DNA from: Escherichia phage REP5
Length of the DNA stretch: 64,000 nucleotides
Reading direction: 5' to 3' (one strand)
Sequence record: OQ174504.1
Part shown: one piece after another, positions 46,351-57,855 of the stretch
Position numbering within the stretch: position 1 is the stretch's first letter
Layout of the letters: the number at the start of each line of letters is the position of its first letter
Notes under the pieces: model-generated
Seen by the model: the letters and a program-made list of their open reading frames with translations, nothing else
Database searches by the model: none
What the model was told of the DNA's origin: nothing
Translations under genes and position numbers: made by a program

Positions 46351-48342
46351 TCACTCAGTTTCGAACGGGCAGTCATCTGCATCCTCACTTAATACAGGTG
46401 GAATCGTTGAACTTTGACGCTGTTCTTCAGTATAGACTTCACCAGTCTCACGGTCAAACACTTCATCCTCATAATGAGGTAAAGAGTCATCATAATGGTC
46501 TTCAGCTTCACCAATACCAAACTGCTGGCGAATATTTTCTGCTGCACCATCAATATCAACACCACATCCAGAAGCTTTGATAAGACGTCCTGTATCTGGA
46601 TTGTACCAAGTATGACCAGCAATACCTGTTGACTTACCATGACGACGACACTTAGTTAACTTGATTTTTGTCAAGTTTTTCTTAACAGGGTCTGGGTCAA
46701 CCTTGTTACGCATTAACAGGATGTTATTCATAGAAATCTGGAAATACGCACCAGAACCTTTGATATCCTCTTCAGAGATGTCTCCACCTTCAGAGTTGGC
46801 TTTCTGACCACCTGCACTCTTACGAACGTGACATACGTTTACCTGTGCATACTGGTAGCGTTTGCAACGACGCAATAGCTCAGACAAGACTTCCTCTTCA
46901 TCCGTATCAGAACGTGACAGAGCCAACGTAATAGGGTCAAGAATAATAATCTTACAGTCTAAACTGTTAACAAGGTAGTCAACAAACTCTAGCAGGTTAT
47001 CTTGGTCAATTGCCCCTTGATGGTCAACGATATGGATACGACGACCTTTAGACAGTTCTGCATGTGCTCCTTTTAATTCATCCCAATCCCGTTCATCATA
47101 AGGAATCTCAGAAATCTGTTTACTCAGGTGGATTGCACAGAGCATCTCCATCAACTCTTCATAGGTATCTTCTACAGGAATTACACCGATATTATAGTCA
47201 GTTTCTTTCCAAGCTGAATAAATCATCTCACGAGTGTAAGCTGACTTACCTACTGAAGATGGTGCTGCAATAGTTGTAATCTCACCTAAACCATAACCAC
47301 CATAAGTCAGCCTGTTCAAATCTCCGAAAGACTCTGGGAAAGGAATCAATGGAATCTGACCACGATTCTTCATTGCCTCAAAACCGTCTGCAAAGTTCTT
47401 GATACCAGCAGGGCAGTAACGAGGTGCGTTATAGATACGCTGCTTGAATCCTTCCAGAACTGTATCTTTCTCTTTATAGAACTTTGTCCACCATTCATTA
47501 AGGTCTTTTACACCTTCTGGATACTGGAATAAACGAACCTTCTCAATCGGAAGGATACCAGCAGCCTCTTTGGTAGCTTTAGCACCTGCTTCATCGTTAT
47601 CAAAGCACAAGTAAATCTCATCAAATGATGTGATGTACTGATAGTTGTCTTTGATAGATTTAATGTTTGCACCTGATGGGACAGATACGTGACAGTAATT
47701 CTTACGACGAGACTTATCTTTAATCGCCAAAGAAGTCATATAGATTGCTGTCGCACATTCCATCTCACCTTCCCAGATGAATAGACGGTTACCACCTTCT
47801 GGAGCAATCCATGAACCGAACATTGCCAGTTCACCTTTAATGTCTCCAACACCACCAGAAAAGTCTTTTAACTTACCTCGTAGGTGCTCTTTTGGATGGT
47901 CTTCTGGGTAACGGTGACGAACACGGTAGCCAACATGCTCTAGCTTGCCATCTTCATTGCGTTTGTAAGTTGGGTAGAAATGCGCGTCAATTTCACCATC
48001 ACTGTCAATGTCGACCTTGATACCCAAACGCTCAAGAACTTTTGCAGGAATCTTCCTGCCCTTTAAGTCCATTGCTTCAAGGTTTTCTTTCACATCGTCT
48101 AAATCCATTCCACGGAAAGTACGGTTTTTATTGTCTGAACCAGTAGAATAAGTGCTCACGATTTGTCCTTTATCAAAATCCCACTCTGGGAAACCTTTGT
48201 TACAACTAAAGCAAGTCATTGAATAAGAGCCATCGTCATGATGATAGATTGAACCAGCATCTGATGAACCACAACGTGGACATGCGCAATGACCAACAAA
48301 CTGACCAGCCTCTTTCAATTTACGACCTTTAGACATTAGCAC
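46351..48342 (-). CDS. Bifunctional DNA primase-helicase (T7 gp4-like)
   Basis: 663 aa; N-terminal Zn ribbon CPRCGSSD..CFSCNKG, TOPRIM DNDEAG, Walker A APSSVGKS, Walker B IIILD. Confidence 0.8.
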   Translation of the reverse strand: MLMSKGRKLKEAGQFVGHCACPRCGSSDAGSIYHHDDGSYSMTCFSCNKGFPEWDFDKGQIVSTYSTGSDNKNRTFRGMDLDDVKENLEAMDLKGRKIPAKVLERLGIKVDIDSDGEIDAHFYPTYKRNEDGKLEHVGYRVRHRYPEDHPKEHLRGKLKDFSGGVGDIKGELAMFGSWIAPEGGNRLFIWEGEMECATAIYMTSLAIKDKSRRKNYCHVSVPSGANIKSIKDNYQYITSFDEIYLCFDNDEAGAKATKEAAGILPIEKVRLFQYPEGVKDLNEWWTKFYKEKDTVLEGFKQRIYNAPRYCPAGIKNFADGFEAMKNRGQIPLIPFPESFGDLNRLTYGGYGLGEITTIAAPSSVGKSAYTREMIYSAWKETDYNIGVIPVEDTYEELMEMLCAIHLSKQISEIPYDERDWDELKGAHAELSKGRRIHIVDHQGAIDQDNLLEFVDYLVNSLDCKIIILDPITLALSRSDTDEEEVLSELLRRCKRYQYAQVNVCHVRKSAGGQKANSEGGDISEEDIKGSGAYFQISMNNILLMRNKVDPDPVKKNLTKIKLTKCRRHGKSTGIAGHTWYNPDTGRLIKASGCGVDIDGAAENIRQQFGIGEAEDHYDDSLPHYEDEVFDRETGEVYTEEQRQSSTIPPVLSEDADDCPFETE

Positions 48343-48529
48343 CTCTTCGTTGTAGTTCTGCCTTCAATCCATTTTCAATCTTGTCCAGTTCATGAATTTC
48401 ATCTGCAATCTCTTTCCTTCGTGATTCAACTCTCTTAAGACGTTCAATCATTACCTCATTGGAAAGAGATGAGAGTTCCACTAAACGGTGGTCAATAACT
48501 TTAAAATTGTCTTTTACTCTCATCTTCAT
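48329..48529 (-). CDS. Hypothetical coiled-coil protein
   Basis: 66 aa ORF. Confidence 0.45.
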   Translation of the reverse strand: MKMRVKDNFKVIDHRLVELSSLSNEVMIERLKRVESRRKEIADEIHELDKIENGLKAELQRRGANV

Positions 48530-48537
48530 TCTCTCTT

Positions 48538-49281
48538 TTAAACTTTAATGATGGCTCTTAGCTTGTTCTCAAGGTCTGCAAGAGTACCATTATTATGAAT
48601 AATGTCACGCTCATATTTTGTAGAAATCCCATTTTCTGAAACATGTGATGAAACTTTGTCCACATTGTCTCTTTTTACTTCAATAGTTTGGTGTGCAAAT
48701 CTACTCAGCCATTCAGCTTCAGAGTCAAATCTTAAATCACTGATTAAGACAAAACCATATTGGTTTCTAAGTGAGCACATTTCATGGAATCTAACCATTC
48801 TTTTTTCAAGGTCTTTAGACCAGAACTTGTCGCCCATTACTTTACGGACAACTTCAGTACCCCAAATCTGTTGAATTTGTCTTGATGAGAATTTATACTT
48901 TTTACTAAACCCCAGACGTGTCAATAGAGTCGGTTTAGCAACCTTCTTAAGCTCCATGATTAATCGTCCGGTTAACTCTGACATAAGCTTGAAGTCCATA
49001 TGGTAACGTTCATCTCTGAAGGTGAACTCCATAGCTTCCGTAACTTTAAACATCAGTTCAGGATATGATAAGTCAAAAACCTGCGGAGTCTCTTTAGTTT
49101 CACCGTACAGGTCATTCCAAGTCAAGTCAAATATCTTTGATGCAGATAGTTTAAGGTTGTCTGCAAAGGCCATTACAGCAACATTGTAGCCATACTCATC
49201 CTCTAAGATGTTCTTCACAACAGAACATGAGGTATCTTTTCCAGAACGTGCCTTTCCAGTAAATGCAATAATATTACTCAT
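48538..49281 (-). CDS. Deoxynucleoside monophosphate kinase
   Basis: 247 aa; N-terminal IIAFTGKARSGKDT P-loop as in T4 gp1. Confidence 0.7.
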   Translation of the reverse strand: MSNIIAFTGKARSGKDTSCSVVKNILEDEYGYNVAVMAFADNLKLSASKIFDLTWNDLYGETKETPQVFDLSYPELMFKVTEAMEFTFRDERYHMDFKLMSELTGRLIMELKKVAKPTLLTRLGFSKKYKFSSRQIQQIWGTEVVRKVMGDKFWSKDLEKRMVRFHEMCSLRNQYGFVLISDLRFDSEAEWLSRFAHQTIEVKRDNVDKVSSHVSENGISTKYERDIIHNNGTLADLENKLRAIIKV

Positions 49282-49342
49282 TTTATCTCCCTTAATTACT
49301 AAAAAGCCCCCAACTAAGGAGGCTTGTAAGATTTATAAAGAC

Positions 49343-50143
49343 TTAGTGCAGTTGGTCAGCATACTCTTTTTCAGCCATAGCTGAGATTTGCTTCACAAAA
49401 TCATCACCGAAGTTAATGCGTAGCTTCTCTTCAATGATTGAAGCACCAATATTCACCAAAACATCATTGATTGCTTGCATACTAACGCCACCAGTCATTT
49501 CCTCAATGAACTCAATACTCACACCCATCATCTGTGACAGTTGGATTAGTGCAACGATATTCATCATCGTAGAGATAGCTGGAATCATCAGTGCAACTTT
49601 CACCTGAAGTGGTTCAATGTCAGCTACAGAGTCATTTTCAACAGCTTCTTCCAAAGATTCTTTAGTTTGCTGGATAATCTCTTTGATTCGTGGGTTTAAT
49701 TCTTCTACGCCCCAATCAAGTTTTTCATATCGTGAAAGTTTCTCTTCCATACGCTTCTCAAGAACAGCCATAACAGCACTCGTTGATGAGATAAGCGTAT
49801 CAATAATGAAATCAGTGTCCTTAGTCAGCAACAGTTCCTTATCTTCGTCTGACATCCTGATATAGTCATTCTTTTGCATTTCATAAAAAATGAACTCAGC
49901 AAGTGCATCAACACCAACCGCAATAGATGCCAGAGCAAGTGTAGTGTCTGTCAACATCATATTAACCTGTTCTGCAAAAGCACCGTTATCAGACTTGTCT
50001 TCAGGCAAGTTATAGCTTGCAGGCATAAACCGTTCTGTGTAGTTATTACCACGAAGAATCATAGCCATGCTTTCTACGGCATTGATTAAGAATGCTTCAT
50101 CAACACCTTTCTCTTCAAGCATCTTTTCTACATCGATATTCAT
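49343..50143 (-). CDS. Hypothetical acidic protein
   Basis: 266 aa ORF. Confidence 0.6.
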   Translation of the reverse strand: MNIDVEKMLEEKGVDEAFLINAVESMAMILRGNNYTERFMPASYNLPEDKSDNGAFAEQVNMMLTDTTLALASIAVGVDALAEFIFYEMQKNDYIRMSDEDKELLLTKDTDFIIDTLISSTSAVMAVLEKRMEEKLSRYEKLDWGVEELNPRIKEIIQQTKESLEEAVENDSVADIEPLQVKVALMIPAISTMMNIVALIQLSQMMGVSIEFIEEMTGGVSMQAINDVLVNIGASIIEEKLRINFGDDFVKQISAMAEKEYADQLH

Positions 50144-50144
50144 A

Positions 50145-50567
50145 TTATTTCTCTCTCAGTTGGTTAAGTTTCTTTCTAGAACATTTTAAGTTTTCTGATG
50201 AAGAAAAGTCAAGTGTCTTTTCAGAACGTGGATAGTAGTGTCTATCCCAAGAAGTTTCGACATCGTTAATCAGTGATGCTAGATTACACAGGTCTGTACC
50301 ACTTTGCAATCTCTTTTTAAGAGAATCTAGTAAAGCAACTGTGTCTTTGGCTTTACGTCTAGCTGTAGCAACATCTTTCATATGCTCAAAGACAGAGCAT
50401 TTTAAGTCATCTTCATAGTTTTCAGACAACTCTATTTCATGTTGTATATCAACCATTCTCCTGTGATGGTGAGCATATTCCCGTTGAGCAGCAATGTCAA
50501 GTTCTTCCAACTTCTGCAAAGCCCTAACAAAGTCAGCTATGTCTGGGTGAACAAACATTTTCTGCAT
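50145..50567 (-). CDS. Hypothetical protein
   Basis: 140 aa ORF, first gene of minus-strand block. Confidence 0.55.
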   Translation of the reverse strand: MQKMFVHPDIADFVRALQKLEELDIAAQREYAHHHRRMVDIQHEIELSENYEDDLKCSVFEHMKDVATARRKAKDTVALLDSLKKRLQSGTDLCNLASLINDVETSWDRHYYPRSEKTLDFSSSENLKCSRKKLNQLREK

Positions 50568-50824
50568 GTAAGCCTCTTTTAAGTAACTATTAAGTTTTAA
50601 TCTTTTATCTTAACGTATTCTATACGTTATACTTTAAAGCTTTTTAAAAGCTATTAAATAATCTTTTAAGAGTTTTAAAGTATCTGTATAGTTAAACTGT
50701 TAAGTAACCTTTTAAGTAAAAACCCACTTCGCAAAGATTAACACCTTGTCAAGTGCATTGTCAACTTGCTTTTTATAATTTTTTGCAGTAATGTATGAGG
50801 TTAATGATTTTAGAGGGAGTAAAA

Positions 50825-52967
50825 ATGGAAAACGTAGATTTTAAAAACTTACATTTAGTTGGTGATACAGAAACTGATGGTTTACTCCTTGAGTTCACTA
50901 AAGTGCACGTAATGGCTTTCGCAGACTATAAATCTGACGATGAAGAGCCACCTGTATGGGTCTTTACAGATGAGCCTATCCTCGGTCACAAGTACACTAA
51001 GTACATCAAGGGTGGTTTACGTGAAGGTGTTGAGTTTGCGTTAAAGGCAAAACGACTTTGCATCCATAACGGCCTCGGTTATGACTGGTGGGTTTTCAAT
51101 CACATTGCACCTGATTTATGGAACTTTGATAATCCAAAGTGTAAACCGTGGAGTAATTTCTTTCAGGATTCTCTTATCCAGTCTCGTGTTCAGTGGATGG
51201 ATAGACCAACTCCAAAGGGTTATAAAGGTGCTCATGGTTTGGCTGCATGGGGTGCTCGTGTTGGTGTTCGTAAACCAGAGATTGAACATTGGGGTGTGTG
51301 GAATGCAGAAATCTTCACTCGTGTTGTAGAAGATATCCGTATTAACGCCAAAACTAAACGGGCACTTGATAATGAATATCTCAAGCTTAAGAAGTGTGGC
51401 ATAGATACTTATGAAACCTACATGCGAGCTAAAGAAACATCTTTCTGGATGAGTCAACAAGCTATCAATGGCTGGAAAGCTGATAAAGAGCTTATGGAGT
51501 TCCATGTAAAGGAACTTGACAAGTTGACTAATGAGCTTGCTTCAGAAGTTGAACCACACCTTCCACCAACTATTAAGACCAAAGGTAAAGTCACTGGAGA
51601 AGAATTTGCAAAAGCTTGGAATGAGTATGTTGAAGCATTCGGTCATGCAGATGGACTGAAGAGGATTACCAAGTACCCTAAGACAAAGTATCGTCAGCAG
51701 GTACGTAATGGTGAGATGCAGACATATGAAATCAAGCCATTTGGTAAGCCAACTACAAAGATTTTTAACATTGAAAAAAGGAATTGCTATACACCAACCA
51801 ACTCTGTAACTGGTGAAGAGTACAAGGAAGGTTTTGTAGCAATGAAGGATGCTCGTGCAATTTGCAATGAGTTGAACGCAAAGATTGGTAAGAAATGCAA
51901 AGACTGGAAGCCAGTAAAAACAGTCAAAACTGTGAAGTACTATAACAGCCACGTTGTTAACCACTTTGAACTTGAGTCAAGTCGCTACACGGGTTTGATT
52001 GATGCACCATATACACCAATTGAGTTTGAAGTTTCTCGTATGACTCAGGTAGCAGTTGTTAAAGACTACTTGAAATCAGTTGGTTGGATTCCAGATGACT
52101 GGAACTACAAGAAAGACTCAGACGGTCGCCCTGTCAAAGTTTGTCGTTTCAAAGACAATAAAAAGATGATTACAAAGCATCCTAAGTGGCAGGAGATGGT
52201 AGAGCGGTGTGGTTTGAGCTATGTTGAGCATGAAGGTGTACAGTACATTGAGCATAACTGGTCTGTGAAGAAGTACACAGATTTGCTTGAGCCTTGCTTA
52301 ATCCGTACTTCACCAAAGCTTACTGAGTCATCTTATGATACGATTGAAGGTGAACTTGGACAGAAGATTGCTAAGTACTATACTTTGATGCACAGACGCA
52401 GAACTATTGAGAACTCAAAGGATGATGAAAAAGGTTGGTTGAACCAGATTCGTCCTGATGGTCGCCTTAGTGCTGGCGCAATGGTGTTTGGTACTTCAAC
52501 TGGACGCATGACACAATATGGCATTGTAAACGTACCGTCTGGTGCTGCTGTCTATGGAGCACCGATGAGGGAAGTGTGGATTTGCGAGGAAGGGACTAAT
52601 ATCGTTTCAGTTGACCAGAACTCAGCCCAGCTAGTTCTCCTTTGTAACTTTATGGGTGATAAAGAGTTCACTAAAGCGGTAACTGAAGGTAAAGAGTCAG
52701 TAGAATTTACTAAGCAAGATGATGGGAGATATTATTGCAAACATCTTGACAAGTATCTTAACCCAGAAACTGACAAGTATCTGCGTTATGATGCTGAAAA
52801 TGACCTCTATGAAGTCTACACAGGTACTGATGCACATACACTGAATAGTATTTACTTTGGTCTGAACAAGGAAGAAGATATTGTTCGTTGTAGGGAGACA
52901 CAGGATGAGGAACTTCTCCACGAGATTACAAAAGGTCGTAAGAAAGCCAAAAATGGCATTTATGCGT
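50825..52967 (+). CDS. Family A DNA polymerase, exon 1 (3' boundary approximate)
   Basis: Start at MENVDFKN after RBS gagggag; 3'-5' exonuclease motif VGDTETDGL; motif A-like VSVDQNSAQLVLL; motif B begins RKKAKNGIYA. Confidence 0.8.
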
Positions 52968-53235
52968 CAGTGGCGCATGTAAAACGTTGTGAATTGCTGG
53001 AAGCCTAAGTCTGAGAAGATACGGTAATCAGCAGCGAAGCCTCTTAAGAGGAACGTTCAGAGACTATCGAAAAGCATACTTAACGTATGAACTGAGTAGA
53101 GTAGGGTGGTAAGCTAATGACCATCCCCAAGTGCAACGGTAGCACCACTGCTACGTGATATAGTCCGACACTCCGTAGAAATGCGGAGAAGTTCATAAGA
53201 GAACTGGTACACCTTGCGAGTGTATTGACCAGATG
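52968..53235 (+). other. Group I intron in DNA polymerase gene (boundaries approximate)
   Basis: P-like AATTGCTGGAAG 52992-53003, Q-like AATCAGCAGC 53026-53035, R-like GTTCAGAGACTA 53055-53066, S-like GATATAGTCC 53157-53166; interrupts motif B. Confidence 0.65.
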
Positions 53236-53792
53236 TATTGTTCGGGGCTGGAGACGAGAAGTTTGCAAAAACTATCAAGGCATCATCTACGGAAGAAGGT
53301 GCATTGACTAAACAAACTTACTATATGCGTCTGCCAAAGATTAAGAAGTTACTTGATAGCTTAGAAGCCGATTTTAAGGCGTCTAAAAAGGCTCTGGAAG
53401 AGGTTTTTGGGAAGAATTCTTCAATTGCTAAAGGTGGTTATATCAGGGTCGCTGGAGCATGGATATGGTGCAAATCTCCACATAAACTGCTGAACTACCT
53501 TCTGATGAGTTCTGAAGCACAGATTCAGAATGAGGCCATCAACCTAGCAGCAAGAAAAGCCTGTGAAGATGGTCTGACAAAACTGAATGCTCGAAAACCA
53601 GCTATCGGAGCAAGGTTACTTCTGGCATATCACGATGAAAATAGTTGGGAATGCCCAGAGAATATGACACATGATATGAAAGCAATTGCTGACTGGATGT
53701 ATGGACAAGCTTCAAAAAACTTAGGTTTGAGGAAAGAAACACTTGTAACTGGTACAGCAAAGGTTGGTAAGAGCTGGTATGAGGTACACTGA
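53236..53792 (+). CDS. Family A DNA polymerase, exon 2
   Basis: Continues motif B (LFGAGDEKFAKTI) and carries motif C (LLAYHDEN). Confidence 0.8.
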
Positions 53793-53795
53793 TTG

Positions 53796-54329
53796 ATGGA
53801 TTTTATTTCACAAAAACGTTTAAAGGAGCTACTACACTATGACCCCGAAACAGGGGTCTTTACTTGGCTTCGTAGAGAAGGTAAATCAAGAGCTGTTAGT
53901 GTTTTTAACAGTAACTATGCAGGAAAGGTAGCAGGTAATGTTCAGACAGATTCAACTGGTCATAAACAGATTAGTATCTATTTTGACAAGAAAGCACATA
54001 AAGCACACAGACTCGCATGGCTTTATGTATATGGTAAGATGCCAAAAGGTATCATTGACCATATCAACGGAGACTCTCTTGACAACAGGATTGCAAACTT
54101 AAGGGAAGCAGATGACTTCCAAAGTGCTTGGAATAAAGGTAAACTAGCCACCAATAAATCTGGGTACAAGGGTGTAAGCCTTAAGAAGAAGTCTGGTAAG
54201 TGGGTCGCACAGATAAGTTATAAAGGTAAGAAGATGTTTTTAGGTTACCATGACACGCCTGAAGAAGCCCATAAAGCTTACTGTGAAGCTGCTATGAAAC
54301 TCCACGGAGAGTTTGCAAAACTAAGTTGA
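53796..54329 (+). CDS. HNH endonuclease with AP2 DNA-binding domain
   Basis: HINGDSLDNRIANLR HNH motif; GYKGVSLKKKSGKWVAQISYKGKKMFLGYHDTPEEAHKAY AP2-like. Confidence 0.75.
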   Translation: MDFISQKRLKELLHYDPETGVFTWLRREGKSRAVSVFNSNYAGKVAGNVQTDSTGHKQISIYFDKKAHKAHRLAWLYVYGKMPKGIIDHINGDSLDNRIANLREADDFQSAWNKGKLATNKSGYKGVSLKKKSGKWVAQISYKGKKMFLGYHDTPEEAHKAYCEAAMKLHGEFAKLS

Positions 54330-54380
54330 CAAGGTGCTCATGGAAGAGTACCTTATACTACATCTTGTATAGGAGGGCTT

Positions 54381-54590
54381 ATGAGCCACCGTGGAAGAAC
54401 CCATGCAGCGATGATGAAAGGTGCTTCAAAGGAAACCATCAAGAATCGTAAGCAGAAGTTGTTTGAGAGAATGAACAGGCTAATTGATAATTCATCTCTT
54501 TCAGGTTCTGAGAAGGTTTTCTTGAAAGGTAATCTGAAAAGCATTGCACAAGAGCTTATAGACATTGAATATTGGAGACATCAAAAATGA
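54381..54590 (+). CDS. Hypothetical protein
   Basis: 69 aa ORF. Confidence 0.5.
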   Translation: MSHRGRTHAAMMKGASKETIKNRKQKLFERMNRLIDNSSLSGSEKVFLKGNLKSIAQELIDIEYWRHQK

Positions 54591-54805
54591 CACTTGCAGA
54601 CGTTATTCAGCAACTTCATGATAACTGCTATACTCCAGAGCTGATTCAGGAGATGTGCATTGTAGTCATGCCTAGTAGGTTCGTAAAAACCTTTAACAGT
54701 GACACTTTAAGGTCTGCACACATTCTTATTGTTGAAGGTAAGATTGCAAAAGACCGTACAGGTGTTCTTAAGGGTGAACGTATTGATATCTTGGGATTGT
54801 TATGA
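54572..54805 (+). CDS. Hypothetical protein
   Basis: 77 aa ORF. Confidence 0.5.
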   Translation: METSKMTLADVIQQLHDNCYTPELIQEMCIVVMPSRFVKTFNSDTLRSAHILIVEGKIAKDRTGVLKGERIDILGLL

Positions 54806-54962
54806 ATAAGTTATATAGTCTCTGGGGAAGGATGGGTAAAGATTCTGACTGGAATCTGCTCAAAACAAATGTAAAAAGTAATGAGATAGCGTACTACAAA
54901 ATTCATTACTACAAAACTTTCAGAGAGCTTGAGTATCGTGAACAACAGACAGGAGAAGTATT

Positions 54963-55199
54963 ATGTGGAAATCAGTAATTGTGCTTGGTGTTATTTTTCT
55001 ATCTGGCTGCAACCCTTCTTATGAAGATAAAAATGCTTCTTATAGTCTCCCACCAGAGATGCAAGATTGTAAAGTCTATAAGCTGAATGGGGATGCAATA
55101 AGCACAGATATTGTTGTTGTAAGATGTCCAAACTCTCAAACGACAACATCTTATCGTTATGGTAAAAATAGTCAATCACACACTACTGTTATTGAGTGA
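54963..55199 (+). CDS. Small lipoprotein
   Basis: 78 aa; signal peptide with lipobox FLSGC. Confidence 0.55.
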   Translation: MWKSVIVLGVIFLSGCNPSYEDKNASYSLPPEMQDCKVYKLNGDAISTDIVVVRCPNSQTTTSYRYGKNSQSHTTVIE

Positions 55200-55417
55200 G
55201 GTTTTTCAAGATGCAAGTCTTAGTAAACTATATCTACCGTTATGATACTGTTCACTCCACTACAACCATAGCTCAACGTAACCCAATCGTACCGCGAGAA
55301 GGTGAATTGGTTCGCATTGAGGGTTGGACTTACACTGTGGAAAACATCATTCATAAGTTTGATGTTGCTGGTGATGTTCAAGTTATTGACGTAGAGATTG
55401 GTGGTAAGAGAAAATGA
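55196..55417 (+). CDS. Hypothetical protein
   Basis: 73 aa ORF. Confidence 0.5.
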   Translation: MRFFKMQVLVNYIYRYDTVHSTTTIAQRNPIVPREGELVRIEGWTYTVENIIHKFDVAGDVQVIDVEIGGKRK

Positions 55418-55605
55418 ACAAAGAAGATAAGCATAAAAATGCTGTACGAACTCCTGATGGGAAGATTCAATCATTCACCCTGACAGTTGGTGGAAAGCCA
55501 TTCCGTTGCCACTGCGGAGCAAACTGCTTTCATAAACCAGATAAAAATGACTTAGAGCTTTACGCATGTAATGCTTGCAATACTTGGTATCATTCAGAGG
55601 AATAA
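55414..55605 (+). CDS. Small zinc-finger protein
   Basis: 63 aa; CHCGANC..CNAC. Confidence 0.5.
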   Translation: MNKEDKHKNAVRTPDGKIQSFTLTVGGKPFRCHCGANCFHKPDKNDLELYACNACNTWYHSEE

Positions 55606-55606
55606 A

Positions 55607-56707
55607 ATGACAATTCTATACAAACAAAATAAAGATGGTTCTTTCAACGTCTGGTCATGTGCTGCTGTAGGTGACAAAGTTATTACAACCTACGGTAAAG
55701 AAAATGGCAAGATGATGTTTGAAGAGTATACAGCAGAACCTAAAAACATCGGTAAAAAGAATGAGCGTAACGCTGAACAGCAAGCTCTCTTTGAAGTTGC
55801 TGCTAAGTATAAAAAGCAAGTTGACCGTAAAGGTTATGCTTACACAAAAGAGTCTGCACAGAATACTGAAAAGGTAGGTGTACAGCTTGCTCATGATGCT
55901 GCAAAGGTTAGCCATGCAAAGTATCTGAAGTTCCCTGCTGATGCTCAACCAAAACTGGATGGTGTACGTTGTAGAATTTCAAGAGATGATGATTCAGTTA
56001 GCTTCACAGCTTATTCTCGTGAGAATACTGTTTACAACGTTCCAGCAGAACTAATCCCAGATTTGCTTTTGTTGCTTAAATTACACCCGCAAGTTGAAGA
56101 CTTTGATGGCGAGATTTATGCTCATGGTTGGGACTTAGAAGACATTGTGTCTATGATTAAGAATGCTGACAATCCAGAACGTCACCTTCTTAAATTCTAC
56201 TGGTATGATATCTGTGACAATTCAAAATCTTGGCCTGAGCGTCGTGAAGTTATTGATAACTCACCTATTGTTGAGCTTGGGGATACCTGTAGGGTTGTTC
56301 CTGTACAGACTATCCGTGTAAATTCTTGGGAAGAGTTTGATGAAGCTCATGATAAGTGGGTTGAAGCTAAGTTTGAAGGTGCAATGTACCGTTCAATCTC
56401 TGAAGACTCCTTCTATGAGTGTTGTCACCGTTCATACTTCTTGATTAAGCACAAGAAGATGCACACTGAAGAGTTTAAAGTGACTGGTGTAAAGACCGAT
56501 AAGCGTGGTCATGGTAAGTTCGTTGTAGAGACTCTTCCTAACGTCTTTGTAGATGTTTCATGGAAAACTACACACGAGAAGAAACAGTATCTTGCTGAAC
56601 ATCCTGAAGAGTTTATCGGGAAACCTTTAACTGTTCAGTTCCAGAAGATGACTCGTAAGGGTTCTTTACAGTTTCCTGTAGGGCTAGTTATTAGGGATTA
56701 TGAATAA
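55607..56707 (+). CDS. ATP-dependent DNA ligase
   Basis: Adenylation motif I KLDGVRC; start at MTILYKQ (longest ORF begins at 55571). Confidence 0.8.
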   Translation: MTILYKQNKDGSFNVWSCAAVGDKVITTYGKENGKMMFEEYTAEPKNIGKKNERNAEQQALFEVAAKYKKQVDRKGYAYTKESAQNTEKVGVQLAHDAAKVSHAKYLKFPADAQPKLDGVRCRISRDDDSVSFTAYSRENTVYNVPAELIPDLLLLLKLHPQVEDFDGEIYAHGWDLEDIVSMIKNADNPERHLLKFYWYDICDNSKSWPERREVIDNSPIVELGDTCRVVPVQTIRVNSWEEFDEAHDKWVEAKFEGAMYRSISEDSFYECCHRSYFLIKHKKMHTEEFKVTGVKTDKRGHGKFVVETLPNVFVDVSWKTTHEKKQYLAEHPEEFIGKPLTVQFQKMTRKGSLQFPVGLVIRDYE

Positions 56708-56710
56708 ACT

Positions 56711-56857
56711 ATGTTCAGTACAGTCATTCTGTTTATACTGGTTGTCTTTGTATTGTCATACGTTGCAAGTAAGCTTTTGGACACATCTTTTGCAATGGGT
56801 GTCTTGTTTACAATCTTTTGTTTCGTGACACATATAGCTATCAGAACTTTTTTATAA
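56711..56857 (+). CDS. Small two-helix membrane protein
   Basis: 48 aa ORF not in supplied track. Confidence 0.3.
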   Translation: MFSTVILFILVVFVLSYVASKLLDTSFAMGVLFTIFCFVTHIAIRTFL

Positions 56858-56924
56858 AAGTTGTTGACATAGAAAATTTGGTGAGTATACTGAGCAGCAT
56901 AAACCAACAGGTACTCACCAGCAT

Positions 56925-57853
<929 letters not shown>

Positions 57854-57855
57854 TT

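Noticed and set aside
51081-51964. Overlapping ORFs inside the DNA polymerase gene (51081-51329, 51116-51505, 51542-51964)
   Set aside because: Embedded in or antisense to a gene with strong motif support
52968-53235. DNA polymerase made as two separately translated polypeptides
   Set aside because: No ribosome-binding site precedes the second part and the gap carries group I P/Q/R/S-like elements; splicing is more likely but unproven
56698-56907. Minus-strand ORF of 69 aa after the ligase gene
   Set aside because: No ribosome-binding site and opposite to local transcription; a 48 aa plus-strand membrane ORF is the more plausible reading
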